Shown piece by piece: positions 54,335 to 63,631 of a stretch of 63,631 nucleotides of DNA (positions within the stretch are counted from its first letter, which is position 1; each line of letters opens with the position of its first letter). This DNA is from an uncultured virus (IMG/VR IMGVR_UViG_3300020367_000003) (taxonomy: Duplodnaviria > Heunggongvirae > Uroviricota > Caudoviricetes > Kyanoviridae), in IMG/VR virus record IMGVR_UViG_3300020367_000003. One strand, given 5' to 3'. A program made the position numbers and the translations under genes. The notes beneath the pieces were generated by a model that saw nothing but the letters and a program-made list of their open reading frames with translations, made no database searches and was not told the origin of the DNA.

Positions 54335-55207
54335 TTAGTCATAACCATTGTTGCCATAATCACCAGCTAATACTGTATAGAAGTAATCATCTTCGCCTGG
54401 TGGTTGCCTTGCGATGATATAATACTCAATGCGTTGGAATGTATAACTGTGACTACTGGTACCTGAATTTCTCCACTGTAAACCAGTGTTGACCCCATTA
54501 ATATTAAATGTAGTAGGGACTCCATTACCTCCTGCATTTTCAATGATAACTGTAAATCTATAGATACCACCTTCATCAGTTGTAGGTAAGTTGTTTAGGT
54601 TGAGAGTAAAGTTACCTCCACCTGTTTTTTGCACATATACTACTGAACTTGAATTAAAGTCGTGAGTTACAGTACCACTTGTTTGATAGTATGTAACTGC
54701 TTCCTTAGTTGTAGTCCAATGTAATAACTGTGAGAAATCACCAGTACCTGATATGACACTAGCAACTTCTAAACCTTCGTAATCTTCACCACCGATAATG
54801 TTCCATGTCGCACCATTCTCGATAGTTACTGTAAATCCGTTTGCAATACTAACAGGACCTGCACTAAAACCGTTGGTAAATTCAGCACCACCGTTAGCAA
54901 CTGGACCTATAGTTAAATTCTCTTCTATAGTTGGACCATTAGTCCTAATAATACTATTTTCACCAACCGATGGACCTCCACCACCCACGTCATCCCATCC
55001 AGGAACACCTTGAGCAGCGTCCTGCTTGTAGATTTGTGCCATGTCCTCGGTATTGTTATAGATTAACGTACCGTAGGCAGGTGCACCTAATGCATTGACT
55101 TGAGTTTGGTTTAGTGAAGGAAGATTGATTTGCTCTGTAACCTGTAGTGCTTCTATAATTGCACGAGTGGTCGCATCAATCTGATTTCCTATAATTTTGG
55201 TGGACAT
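54335..55207 (-). CDS. Tail fibre-associated structural protein
   Basis: GTLIYNNT and IIRTN..SAGPVSIANGFTVTIENGATWNII fibre motifs. Confidence 0.65.
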   Translation of the reverse strand: MSTKIIGNQIDATTRAIIEALQVTEQINLPSLNQTQVNALGAPAYGTLIYNNTEDMAQIYKQDAAQGVPGWDDVGGGGPSVGENSIIRTNGPTIEENLTIGPVANGGAEFTNGFSAGPVSIANGFTVTIENGATWNIIGGEDYEGLEVASVISGTGDFSQLLHWTTTKEAVTYYQTSGTVTHDFNSSSVVYVQKTGGGNFTLNLNNLPTTDEGGIYRFTVIIENAGGNGVPTTFNINGVNTGLQWRNSGTSSHSYTFQRIEYYIIARQPPGEDDYFYTVLAGDYGNNGYD

Positions 55208-55229
55208 GTATCACCTCTATTATTACTAT

Positions 55230-58200
55230 TTAGATAACAAGTTCACGAATTTGTATGTTATCTCCATTTTGAGGAGTAGTACCAACTGAGAAGTCTACAG
55301 CATTACCTGTGACTGTATAGTCTGTTGCTGGCCTCTGACATACACCATTTAAGAATACCATTAATGAATATGCTGTATGACCAGGAGATATAGCGAAGGT
55401 ATTAGTAATACCATCTCCCGAATACATTACACCATTATTACCACTGTTGACACCAGTTGCGAGAGTATATTTGTCTGCACAACCATATTTACCTGATACA
55501 TCAATATCACCAGTAATAGCAATATTACCTGTAATTCTAAATCTATTCAAAGCATCAGGTGCTTCACCAATACCATAATGAGTTACACCTGCATATCTCT
55601 GAGATACGATAGGTGCAGTGTCACTTAGACCGAATTTATACCAGATACCTGTATCATACATCCATCCTATAAAGGTTCCTGGACTCCAATCTATATTATA
55701 TGCGATGTCGCCACTATTATAAGCAGCACCTGTCTGAGTTACTGGATTACCAGTACCATCATCCTCAGCAAGGAATGTGTTCCTTAACACTGTGCCATCT
55801 TCGTTGGCATATGTGTAGTTAAGAGACTGTATTAAATCCTGCGATGTTACTTTCTTCTGGAATGTAACTGGACCTGAGAATACAGATTCTAACTGGTTAG
55901 ATGCACCACCAATAACTGTTAGTTTATCAGTAAGCACAATCTCTGAGAAGGTTTCAATAGTTGTACCTTCTTCACCCAACACATTTAATTGGGCAATATC
56001 TTCATTGGTTATCTGACCTGTAACTGGGTTAATAACCTGGTTACCAACGAATAACTCACCATCACTGTTAACACCTGAGTAGTAAGCAACACCTGCTGAC
56101 TCCTTAAGTGACTGTGATAGTCTAACTGCATCCTTACTTAATACCTCCACCTGTGTAGATGGGAATGCAGTTGAGTAGTTTCCTGGACCAAAACCTAGAT
56201 ACTCAAACGTGTGACCCGATGCTCTAAGGATTGAATACCTTCGTAACTCTACAAGTATCGGTTGTACTGAGTTGTCAGCATTTAGTTTGAGTGCAATCTT
56301 TCTTTCTTCAGCATCACCTAATCTGGATGTGACACTAATACCATTCAATACGTTTGAAGTAGTATTATATCCTAAGTTATTCTCAGATTCTAATAGAATA
56401 AACTGAGATGTTTCCTTAGTGATACTTCTTTGTGTGTCCTCATTAGGAGTTGGTGAAGCACCGTCAGTGGTAGTAACAACACCGAGAGTTTCATTACTTG
56501 CGATAGATACCGCAGCAGAAGGGTCAGCAACTGGATTATCTCTGTCAAATGCAGGATATAAATCTACTGTTGCCTGTGAGAATGCAAAGTCATTAAAGTT
56601 AGATGTTGATGGAGATACACTAGCATTCAAGAATGTCAGATAGTATACACCGTCAGTCACACCTCGGACGAACTCTACATGTGTTTCTACAGCATATATG
56701 TAATAGGTTTTACTATATGCAGGACTATTGGTCTCACTACTTCGTGGCTGTAAAACGAAACCAGTAATGGGCTGTCTGGGAACAGGGAATGAATCCTTGT
56801 CCAATACATAGCGATACCTGTATATCCTATCAACCAAGTTCCTAGCATCTGGTATTCTCCTTACGAATGTAGTAGGTGTGAATCCAAGGTTCTGATAGAG
56901 ACTGTTTGCCTGTAGTGTAGTGTAGATAGTATTCTGTGCTCCATCTACCTGAATATACCACTGGGCGTTTACTTCATCCCACTTGATCGGTGATTCATCA
57001 TCACCTGACCTAGTACCTGTAACTGTGGTACCACTCGGATTGATTTCTGCATAATGTGTAGTTGGTTCCGATGCACCTGAAGCAATCAAGAGCACATATA
57101 GGCGATCTGGGGTGTTAACGTCATCACGTCTAGCACCTACAGTATATCCCTGCACTTTGCTTGGTGGTCGGCCTGTCTCTACCGTATAACCGTAGAGAAA
57201 TAGTTTTGTTGGGTCTGCAACACTCTTCGTCTTAGATATATCAATGGTCACCCAGTTGATAGATATCTCCTCAACATCACTCAGATCTTTGGGTGGTATA
57301 ACGTGTGTTATCTGCCCTGCTTTATCCTTCGTAAACGCTGCTGCTTTAAAGCCTTTAGATCGGAGAGAAGTGTTACCAAAGTTTGAGTTCGAGTTGGTAA
57401 TCGAGAGGTCTCCTCCACTGTCAGAGAAGAAATGATCTCCGAATCCGACTGCGAACACAGAGACGACTTGGATGAAAGCGTCGTTTGATGCTTTGATGTG
57501 TCGATGTCTCCATCCCTTTCGGTATTGTGCGAGTCCATTAATGTGAGCACCAGATCCCGCAGCCTGGGGTTCATATGCTCCAGTAGTTTGGTTGTATAAG
57601 ACGAATGCTCTGTCATCTTTCTGAAGTGATATGCCAGTAAACTGGGCAACAACCATTGACTTGAAACCTGTTGCTTGACTACCGTCAGCATGCATACCAT
57701 TTATACCCCACACTGATCTTAGAGAACAGTTAAAGACATATGGCGAAGCAGAGTCAACTGTATCAATCTCGACCTTGACTAGTACGTTGCTACCTAGTGC
57801 ATTACCTGATGGCTCAGCAGACATCTGGTAAGTAAATTGGTTACCCTGTGCGGACGTTACTAGGAAACTACCATTGTATAGCAGAGCGTCTTGGTCAGTA
57901 GGACCAGTAACTCCCGATACGTTAACAGCAACACCAACAGAGAAACCGTGGTTCTTGGGGTTACCAAGTTCATCCACGGTAAATGCTGTTGCAGTTTGAC
58001 CATTCCTTATAATCTGTGATACTGCAAATTCATCAGATATAGGACCAACGATTCTATTCTCTTCAATCCTTGGTTGCATTTGGTCTTGATTTATAATACC
58101 TGAGGTATCAGGGATAACTGCGTATCCTTTTGATATCTTCTGATAATATAATTCTAAGTCTTCTACATTAGCAAACTCGAAACAAGTAATCTTATGATGT

Positions 58201-58802
58201 GAGAAGTTTGGTGCAATTTGTGATAGGTCATCCCTATAATATACACCTGTGTTGTCACCATCAAAGAATGACATCTGCCAGAAATAGCATCCACCAGTTA
58301 GTTTGAATATAGCAGACTCAACTGGTTCGTTAGCAGCAGTTATACCAAGTGATCCTTGTACTGTTGGATATGGTACAAATTTAGGTACAATCTTAGTTCT
58401 TCTGAGGTCAGATCCGATTACAGACACACCCCTTGGTGCGATAATTCCACCACGAGTTGAATTGAATTTATAAAGCTCGTTAGAGGGGGAAGTTAGGTCA
58501 AAGTTAGTATTCTCGTTAAATGGTTGAATTGCGTTATAGTCAGCAATACCTGGTCTATTATCTACCACATACTCTGATGGATAGAGGTATATACTAAATG
58601 CGTCAAATTCGTCGTTTGAAAGACCAACCCTATAAGAGAATCTTGCTACTTCAAGGAAAGCACGTTGCAATGTCTTGAATGGACGCAATGCTGAGTTACC
58701 TCTATTGTCATATGCGTCAGACGCATCAAAGTCGTCAGGGTTGACGTATATAATACGACCAGTCCTTGACGTAATAATATTCTTTAAGCGGGTTAATGCC
58801 AT
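55230..58802 (-). CDS. Tail fibre / virion structural protein, 1190 aa
   Basis: IIYVNPDDFDASD..RPFKTLQRA N-terminus; C-terminal GDGITNTF..VFLNGVCQRP..DYTV module. Confidence 0.75.
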   Translation of the reverse strand: MALTRLKNIITSRTGRIIYVNPDDFDASDAYDNRGNSALRPFKTLQRAFLEVARFSYRVGLSNDEFDAFSIYLYPSEYVVDNRPGIADYNAIQPFNENTNFDLTSPSNELYKFNSTRGGIIAPRGVSVIGSDLRRTKIVPKFVPYPTVQGSLGITAANEPVESAIFKLTGGCYFWQMSFFDGDNTGVYYRDDLSQIAPNFSHHKITCFEFANVEDLELYYQKISKGYAVIPDTSGIINQDQMQPRIEENRIVGPISDEFAVSQIIRNGQTATAFTVDELGNPKNHGFSVGVAVNVSGVTGPTDQDALLYNGSFLVTSAQGNQFTYQMSAEPSGNALGSNVLVKVEIDTVDSASPYVFNCSLRSVWGINGMHADGSQATGFKSMVVAQFTGISLQKDDRAFVLYNQTTGAYEPQAAGSGAHINGLAQYRKGWRHRHIKASNDAFIQVVSVFAVGFGDHFFSDSGGDLSITNSNSNFGNTSLRSKGFKAAAFTKDKAGQITHVIPPKDLSDVEEISINWVTIDISKTKSVADPTKLFLYGYTVETGRPPSKVQGYTVGARRDDVNTPDRLYVLLIASGASEPTTHYAEINPSGTTVTGTRSGDDESPIKWDEVNAQWYIQVDGAQNTIYTTLQANSLYQNLGFTPTTFVRRIPDARNLVDRIYRYRYVLDKDSFPVPRQPITGFVLQPRSSETNSPAYSKTYYIYAVETHVEFVRGVTDGVYYLTFLNASVSPSTSNFNDFAFSQATVDLYPAFDRDNPVADPSAAVSIASNETLGVVTTTDGASPTPNEDTQRSITKETSQFILLESENNLGYNTTSNVLNGISVTSRLGDAEERKIALKLNADNSVQPILVELRRYSILRASGHTFEYLGFGPGNYSTAFPSTQVEVLSKDAVRLSQSLKESAGVAYYSGVNSDGELFVGNQVINPVTGQITNEDIAQLNVLGEEGTTIETFSEIVLTDKLTVIGGASNQLESVFSGPVTFQKKVTSQDLIQSLNYTYANEDGTVLRNTFLAEDDGTGNPVTQTGAAYNSGDIAYNIDWSPGTFIGWMYDTGIWYKFGLSDTAPIVSQRYAGVTHYGIGEAPDALNRFRITGNIAITGDIDVSGKYGCADKYTLATGVNSGNNGVMYSGDGITNTFAISPGHTAYSLMVFLNGVCQRPATDYTVTGNAVDFSVGTTPQNGDNIQIRELVI

Positions 58803-58839
58803 TTATTATTATCCTTGATGTAGTTATTTAGGTGCAATA

Positions 58840-61032
58840 TTAAGGTGCAGCACCACCACCGCCACCACCAGTAGCGACTTTAGTCAATTGTACCACTGGG
58901 AAGTCATCTGAGTTTGTTTCAAATCCATTAACCACATAACTAAGATCTGCTGCACTAGAATATACAAGTAAATTCTGTCCAGGTCCAACTATAATAGAAC
59001 TGTTTTTATCGGTAACATTTGCATCTATTGCTTTACCATAGAAGAAATAATCCTCAGCATCATATATTCCTGTCTGGTCTGTATGAATACCAGTACTGAT
59101 AGTTGCCACATCAAATGTTAATGCAGCACCTCCACCACCACCTAACTGAGAGTCATTGATAGTGAGAGTATCTGATCCAGCATGACCATACCCACCATCT
59201 AATAGGGTGATAGTCGCTGCTCCAGATCCATCTACCACAACAGTTACCTTGGTAGATGCAATGTCTCCAGACCCACCTGTTGAGTTAGGAGAAATACTTG
59301 TGTATGTACCCTGTGTCCTTGAGCCATCAGCAGCACCAACGTTATTAAACGTTAGCATCTTACCATCTCTAACAGTGGTAATTACTCTTGTACCATTATT
59401 AAGAGTAGGAGTATCATAGAATGCATCATTAACAGCAAATGCCTGTGACCCTTCTCCTAAAGTAACTTTAAGATGACATGACATTGGATACCATTCTTGG
59501 ACATATCCATAAGGTCCTACTTCAACACCATTTGCCTCAATAGTTTGAGTAATCTGGTTAATAGTAAATGTGTCAGCAGCAGCGAGTGCTTCACCACCAA
59601 CATCATAAACATATATGTCTGTGTATGTTGGGTCTGACTGGACTGATGCTTGGAAACCAACCCCAGTTGTAGATCCAGCAGGGGAACCATCTGCATAGGA
59701 GAATAGTAAGTTGGAAGTAGTATCAGTAATTTCAACTGAAGTATATGCTCCTGCTGTACCTGCGGTACCTACCTTACTTACTCCTGCTGTATACTCAGTA
59801 CCTGAGCCATTAGTACCTTCAGCATCATCTGCTGAGAATTTCAGTGGGTAGTTACTACATGTAGCATCTGATAGGTCATACTTATATGTCCTGTCAATAT
59901 TGAATGTAGGAGCATCAGCTAAAACGTGGTCAGTTGCGACTGCACTTGTCTGTGATATACAATACTTATTGTCAATCTGAGCAGCAGCGTTACCTGGGAA
60001 TCCTAGAATTGCTGTTGCGTTAGATGAGGATCCAGTTATTGTCTCCGCTTCTGTCCAATAGTTTAAGAGATATACACCGTTATCTGTTAAAAGAGTAACA
60101 GCAACACCGTTGTTGTGGTCAACATCAGCAGTACCATAACGACCTCTACTTACACTTAAATCATTACCGTTGACTGCATCAATGGTCATTATCTCGTTAT
60201 CAACTTTGATAACACCACCACCAATGAATCCAGTAGAGTCAGCGACTGTTAGAGTTTGGTCACCAGCTGCATATGTTGCACCCTCATCAATAGTTGATGT
60301 TGTTGCAGATTCAGACCATGCATTAACCTGTGACCCTGCCACAATAGCAGCAGCAGTGGTACCAAGAGCACCTCTTGTAATAGTAAGAGTATTAGTCAGT
60401 GTATCAATACCTGAAGCATTGATAGTTACAATTTCAGCAGCAGTAACACCACCAATGGTGATATACATTCCATCTGCAAGACCAGTATTACGAGATATCT
60501 TTACGGAAGTAGCACCAGATGCTATATCTGCATATTCAATATACATTGTAGGACCTACACTTCCTCTAAAGTTAGCAGTAAATCCAGAGGTAGAGCCTGT
60601 CAGGGTTTCTCCACCGTCGAATGTACCTGCCTGTGAGTCTGCTTGTAAAGGAGTAGAAGAAACTGGTAGGACTTTAGTGTAGTAAACAGCGATGTCAGTA
60701 GGTTTGAATACATCTAATAACTTTGCGGTTGCACCGTTAGTGGTAGTAAATGTAGTACCAGGAATAGCATTACTCATTGTAAATCCTGGGTTAAGGGTCA
60801 ACTTATATGCTGATAGCGGGTTACCCTTTTGAAACTTGTATGCGGATGAGTTTAATCCATCCAAATGTAGCACTTGGTCATAATCCCTAAGTGCAGTCCT
60901 ATATGTAGCAGCACTACCTGATTGATTGCAAACATTTAAAACTGTGCTTGCTGATCTCTCCGTATTGCATCGATATAGTACTGTATTTGTGGTTGCCCCT
61001 GGTTTGTCAGCGGCTAGTCTTCCTGCTGTCAT
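58840..61032 (-). CDS. Virion structural protein, 730 aa
   Basis: Thr/Gly/Ala-rich beta protein with LTITRG..GT repeats; late-gene context. Confidence 0.7.
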   Translation of the reverse strand: MTAGRLAADKPGATTNTVLYRCNTERSASTVLNVCNQSGSAATYRTALRDYDQVLHLDGLNSSAYKFQKGNPLSAYKLTLNPGFTMSNAIPGTTFTTTNGATAKLLDVFKPTDIAVYYTKVLPVSSTPLQADSQAGTFDGGETLTGSTSGFTANFRGSVGPTMYIEYADIASGATSVKISRNTGLADGMYITIGGVTAAEIVTINASGIDTLTNTLTITRGALGTTAAAIVAGSQVNAWSESATTSTIDEGATYAAGDQTLTVADSTGFIGGGVIKVDNEIMTIDAVNGNDLSVSRGRYGTADVDHNNGVAVTLLTDNGVYLLNYWTEAETITGSSSNATAILGFPGNAAAQIDNKYCISQTSAVATDHVLADAPTFNIDRTYKYDLSDATCSNYPLKFSADDAEGTNGSGTEYTAGVSKVGTAGTAGAYTSVEITDTTSNLLFSYADGSPAGSTTGVGFQASVQSDPTYTDIYVYDVGGEALAAADTFTINQITQTIEANGVEVGPYGYVQEWYPMSCHLKVTLGEGSQAFAVNDAFYDTPTLNNGTRVITTVRDGKMLTFNNVGAADGSRTQGTYTSISPNSTGGSGDIASTKVTVVVDGSGAATITLLDGGYGHAGSDTLTINDSQLGGGGGAALTFDVATISTGIHTDQTGIYDAEDYFFYGKAIDANVTDKNSSIIVGPGQNLLVYSSAADLSYVVNGFETNSDDFPVVQLTKVATGGGGGGAAP

Positions 61033-61039
61033 TTGTTAA

Positions 61040-62380
61040 TTACCATCCTGACATGAAATGTTGTTGTAGTCTTATCTGTCCTCCTAAGACAGGTGCTGCT
61101 AGTGCTCCACCGAAGGTAATAGCAACTTCTGAGATGTTATTCGTAGATAACAATGTAGCATCAGCATTCGGGAATTGAATGTTTACTGCCTCAGTAATAT
61201 TTGACATGTCAAATGATACTATTCCATTGACATTATCTGGGTTATTTATCTTAGCAAGCTCGAAGGTTTTATTCTTCAAAGTTTGTGTCTTTAACTCTGA
61301 CACTAAGATGTTTGTACCCGAAGTATTTAAAGGTGCTTCTGGTGGGTTATCTGGGAAACCAAAGACATATGTTTGGTTATCCTCTATATTAGATAGATCT
61401 AATTGAATCTTTCTACCTAATCCATCAGCAGGGTCAGTATCTGCAAAAACTGCTCCTTGATATACCTTATTACTTAAAATCTGTGTTGATTCAGTACCTA
61501 CAATTACTGTATTCAAGTCAGGAAATACTACTGTCCTATCCTGAGTTAGATTTGATGCATCGAATATTACATAACGTGTAGGATTATTCTCATCATCAGA
61601 AGGTGTATTAGAGAATGTGGGGTTAACCATATTCTTGTTGAATACATTCTGAGCTGTTATGTCATCAAGTAATGTAGATTGTGTCTGTGATGCACCAAAG
61701 TCAGGTAGTTTATATGTGTGAGAACCTGGTGATTCCCATGCGTCAGTTTCAAACTTTGCTATCTTTGCTGTATCAGTGGTACCTGTAATCTGTAGCTCAG
61801 CATCCTTTATAAGGATAGTCTTATTAGTTAATGTCTGAAAAGTATCATTAGCAACTAATGTAGTAGATGTATTAACACCAACATTAGGTAAATCAAATCT
61901 TCTTGTACCTGACTGTGTAGAAATATTATCTACGTTAAACTGTGCTCTCTTAGCAGGGTTTTGGTCACCTGAAAGTAAGAAGTTAACATCAGTCTGGATT
62001 ATAGGTGCTGCAACTGTGAAATATCCACTACCTTGAGGTTGCATCTCTATATTAGAAGTTGCCGATGCAGTATCAATTCCCCTAATCAATAAGGTACTAC
62101 TACCATCGGTATTTGCTCTTCTGCTATTGTACAAAGCAGCAGAGCCAAAAGTTAATCCAATCTCATCTATTGCAGATTGGTACACTCCTGTGTCTCGGTC
62201 TAGGTCGAAGGCTATTCCTGGGGCTGTCTGTGATCCTGCACTCACTCCACGGAAAAGTTGATTAATCTTTGCTTTTCTATTCGGTATTAGCGGGTCAGAG
62301 ATAACAATAGGCATTATAGCTTCACCAGTTACCAAATCATTAGAGATTGTTTCTAACTGTGATATTCTTTTAGTTGCCAC
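61040..62380 (-). CDS. Putative tail fibre protein, 446 aa
   Basis: KRISQL, GSQTAPGIAFD.D.DTG and repeated QTLTNK motifs; GTG start. Confidence 0.7.
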   Translation of the reverse strand: MATKRISQLETISNDLVTGEAIMPIVISDPLIPNRKAKINQLFRGVSAGSQTAPGIAFDLDRDTGVYQSAIDEIGLTFGSAALYNSRRANTDGSSTLLIRGIDTASATSNIEMQPQGSGYFTVAAPIIQTDVNFLLSGDQNPAKRAQFNVDNISTQSGTRRFDLPNVGVNTSTTLVANDTFQTLTNKTILIKDAELQITGTTDTAKIAKFETDAWESPGSHTYKLPDFGASQTQSTLLDDITAQNVFNKNMVNPTFSNTPSDDENNPTRYVIFDASNLTQDRTVVFPDLNTVIVGTESTQILSNKVYQGAVFADTDPADGLGRKIQLDLSNIEDNQTYVFGFPDNPPEAPLNTSGTNILVSELKTQTLKNKTFELAKINNPDNVNGIVSFDMSNITEAVNIQFPNADATLLSTNNISEVAITFGGALAAPVLGGQIRLQQHFMSGW

Positions 62381-62408
62381 TGAAATTCAAGACAATTTGC
62401 TACAGTTT

Positions 62409-62416
62409 TATTTATA
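62409..62416 (-). promoter_or_regulatory. T4-type late promoter TATAAATA
   Basis: Exact consensus upstream of the fibre gene cluster. Confidence 0.75.
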
Positions 62417-62420
62417 AGGC

Positions 62421-62570
62421 TTATAACTGCCTATTTTTATTGGTGATAATGATGCAGTCATTGGCATAATCTGCTTTCATATCTAACTCATCATCGGGAT
62501 CCCAACAGAGTTCTTCGTAGAGCATATTGAGCTGCTCCATGTCTTCGTATAGTTGATTTGGATTAGGCAT
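62421..62570 (-). CDS. Small hypothetical protein, 49 aa
   Basis: MPNPNQLYEDMEQLNMLYEELCWDPDDEL.. Confidence 0.6.
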   Translation of the reverse strand: MPNPNQLYEDMEQLNMLYEELCWDPDDELDMKADYANDCIIITNKNRQL

Positions 62571-62606
62571 AAGTACGTAGGCATTTATTTTTGTTAATAT
62601 CCTGAT

Positions 62607-62643
62607 GTATTTGTTGATACCAACACATAAATAGTGGTAGAAT
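62607..62643 (+). promoter_or_regulatory. NtcA-like box overlapping a sigma70 -35, with embedded late promoter
   Basis: GTA-N8-TAC 62607-20; TTGATA 62614-19, 18 nt spacer, TAGAAT 62638-43; ATAAATA 62627-33. Confidence 0.45.
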
Positions 62644-62709
62644 TAGAGGATAACAAGATGACCTAAAAGGTATATATCATGTTTCAATTAAACTTTAATT
62701 TCAAAAACT

Positions 62710-62874
62710 ATGCATAATATAATTTCGCAAAATCAACTAGCTGAGTGGAAGCATTTCGACAATAATCGTTGCGATTTCACATCACAAGAGGAGAATATTG
62801 ATGAATACTTCGCTTGTATGATAGATGCAATGAGTCCAGAAGCAAAAAGAATATGTCAAAGTCTTCTTTGCTAA
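62710..62874 (+). CDS. Small Cys-containing protein, 54 aa
   Basis: MHNIISQNQLAEWKH..DEYFACMIDAMSPEAKRICQSLLC; has its own promoter and terminator. Confidence 0.7.
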   Translation: MHNIISQNQLAEWKHFDNNRCDFTSQEENIDEYFACMIDAMSPEAKRICQSLLC

Positions 62875-62925
62875 GAAGTCAAATGTTTTATACTTAAATC
62901 ACAGGAGTTAAGCGAAACTGCATAG

Positions 62926-62954
62926 AAAAAGACCCCCTTATGGGGGTTTTTTTT
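62926..62954. terminator. Bidirectional rho-independent terminator
   Basis: AAAAAGACCCCC-ttat-GGGGGTTTTTTTT between convergent genes. Confidence 0.85.
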
Positions 62955-63225
62955 ATCTAATCACGATATCATCTTCGTGAAAGTCACCTGTTGGTGGTGG
63001 CACGATTGGTAAGTAAAATCCACGTGGAGTCTTTGGTTGAATTATTTGAATAGTTTCATCAAACCATCTATTCAAAGAGTCGGCCATACGACGAAATCCG
63101 TAACCAACGTAAATTTGTCCTGCGAAAACTGATACAGTGCATGCACCCCAGAAAATATAATACCATCTACTCTTCACTTGAGCTCTGAGTTTCTCCCTCT
63201 TCAGTTTCGACTTTAGTCCTGTCAT
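62953..63225 (-). CDS. Hypothetical membrane protein
   Basis: 90 aa with one hydrophobic segment. Confidence 0.7.
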   Translation of the reverse strand: MTGLKSKLKREKLRAQVKSRWYYIFWGACTVSVFAGQIYVGYGFRRMADSLNRWFDETIQIIQPKTPRGFYLPIVPPPTGDFHEDDIVIR

Positions 63226-63322
63226 TATCTTTATCCATTTTCCTAACTATTCTATCATAGTCTGCTGCACTGTCAAGTAGTGCCTTTTTGAGTTCGTCAT
63301 AACTCCAATTAATATCTTCCAT
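63167..63322 (-). CDS. Hypothetical protein
   Basis: Likely start MEDINW at 63322. Confidence 0.5.
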   Translation of the reverse strand: MEDINWSYDELKKALLDSAADYDRIVRKMDKDNDRTKVETEEGETQSSSEE

Positions 63323-63631
63323 CGGTTGAAAAACTAAGTGATACTCTAGGTCCATGATTAAATGGGTGATGATAAACATAGGCAGGTATGAAGATAGCAT
63401 CTCCAGGTCTTAACCTATGACATACACCAGTATCAAATTTGTATGAGGTTTCTCCTATTGCTTGTACAATAAAAACGTCCATGTCATCATTATGACGACC
63501 GAACGTATCTGATAATTTACTGAAGGAAATATAGGTATGCATACAATTCATACCTACATCCTCTATTACTGCTTCGTATATTGGCATTATATTAGGTGGG
63601 ACATATTGTCCTGTGCCAACTATTACTGGGA
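63309..63631 (-). CDS. JmjC/cupin oxygenase, 5' end probably beyond right edge
   Basis: FGRHND..FIVQAIG..PGDAIFIPAYVYHHP..RVSLSF; frame stays open to the window end. Confidence 0.75.
   Translation of the reverse strand, partial: PVIVGTGQYVPPNIMPIYEAVIEDVGMNCMHTYISFSKLSDTFGRHNDDMDVFIVQAIGETSYKFDTGVCHRLRPGDAIFIPAYVYHHPFNHGPRVSLSFSTDGRY

Noticed and set aside
60170..60682. 170-aa plus-strand ORF
   Set aside because: Antisense shadow of the 730-aa structural gene

Overview
This is a segment of a T4-like marine cyanophage (cyanomyovirus) genome with almost all genes on the minus strand. (1) 1-23200 is one giant ORF of >7,700 aa, absent from the ORF track because it runs off the left edge. It looks like a gp7 baseplate wedge initiator extended with YHYH, EF-hand, beta-propeller, LamG, CBM-like, C-x-R-D helical and ~22 C/H/YPR repeat modules. 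(2) 23207-31073 holds gp6, gp25, a PAAR-like spike tip, a structural protein, an AbrB-like protein and an NlpC/P60 protein. (3) 31100-40000 is an early region of small ORFs with a candidate replication origin (divergent sigma70 promoters, AT-rich tract, cyanobacterial-type DnaA boxes), five copies of a bipartite promoter motif and an SF2 helicase. (4) 39987-42414 is a methyltransferase / PD-(D/E)xK / methyltransferase cassette. (5) 42948-51363 is a tightly overlapping run of six Fe(II)/2OG oxygenases, a DUF6065-like protein and two flavin-dependent halogenases. It lies directly downstream of three paralogous glycine-rich adhesin-like genes and tail fibre genes (51387-62380). The best candidate for an undescribed system is this adhesin plus halogenase/hydroxylase unit, possibly post-translational tailoring of virion tips. 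All family calls come from reading motifs by eye; no database searches were run.
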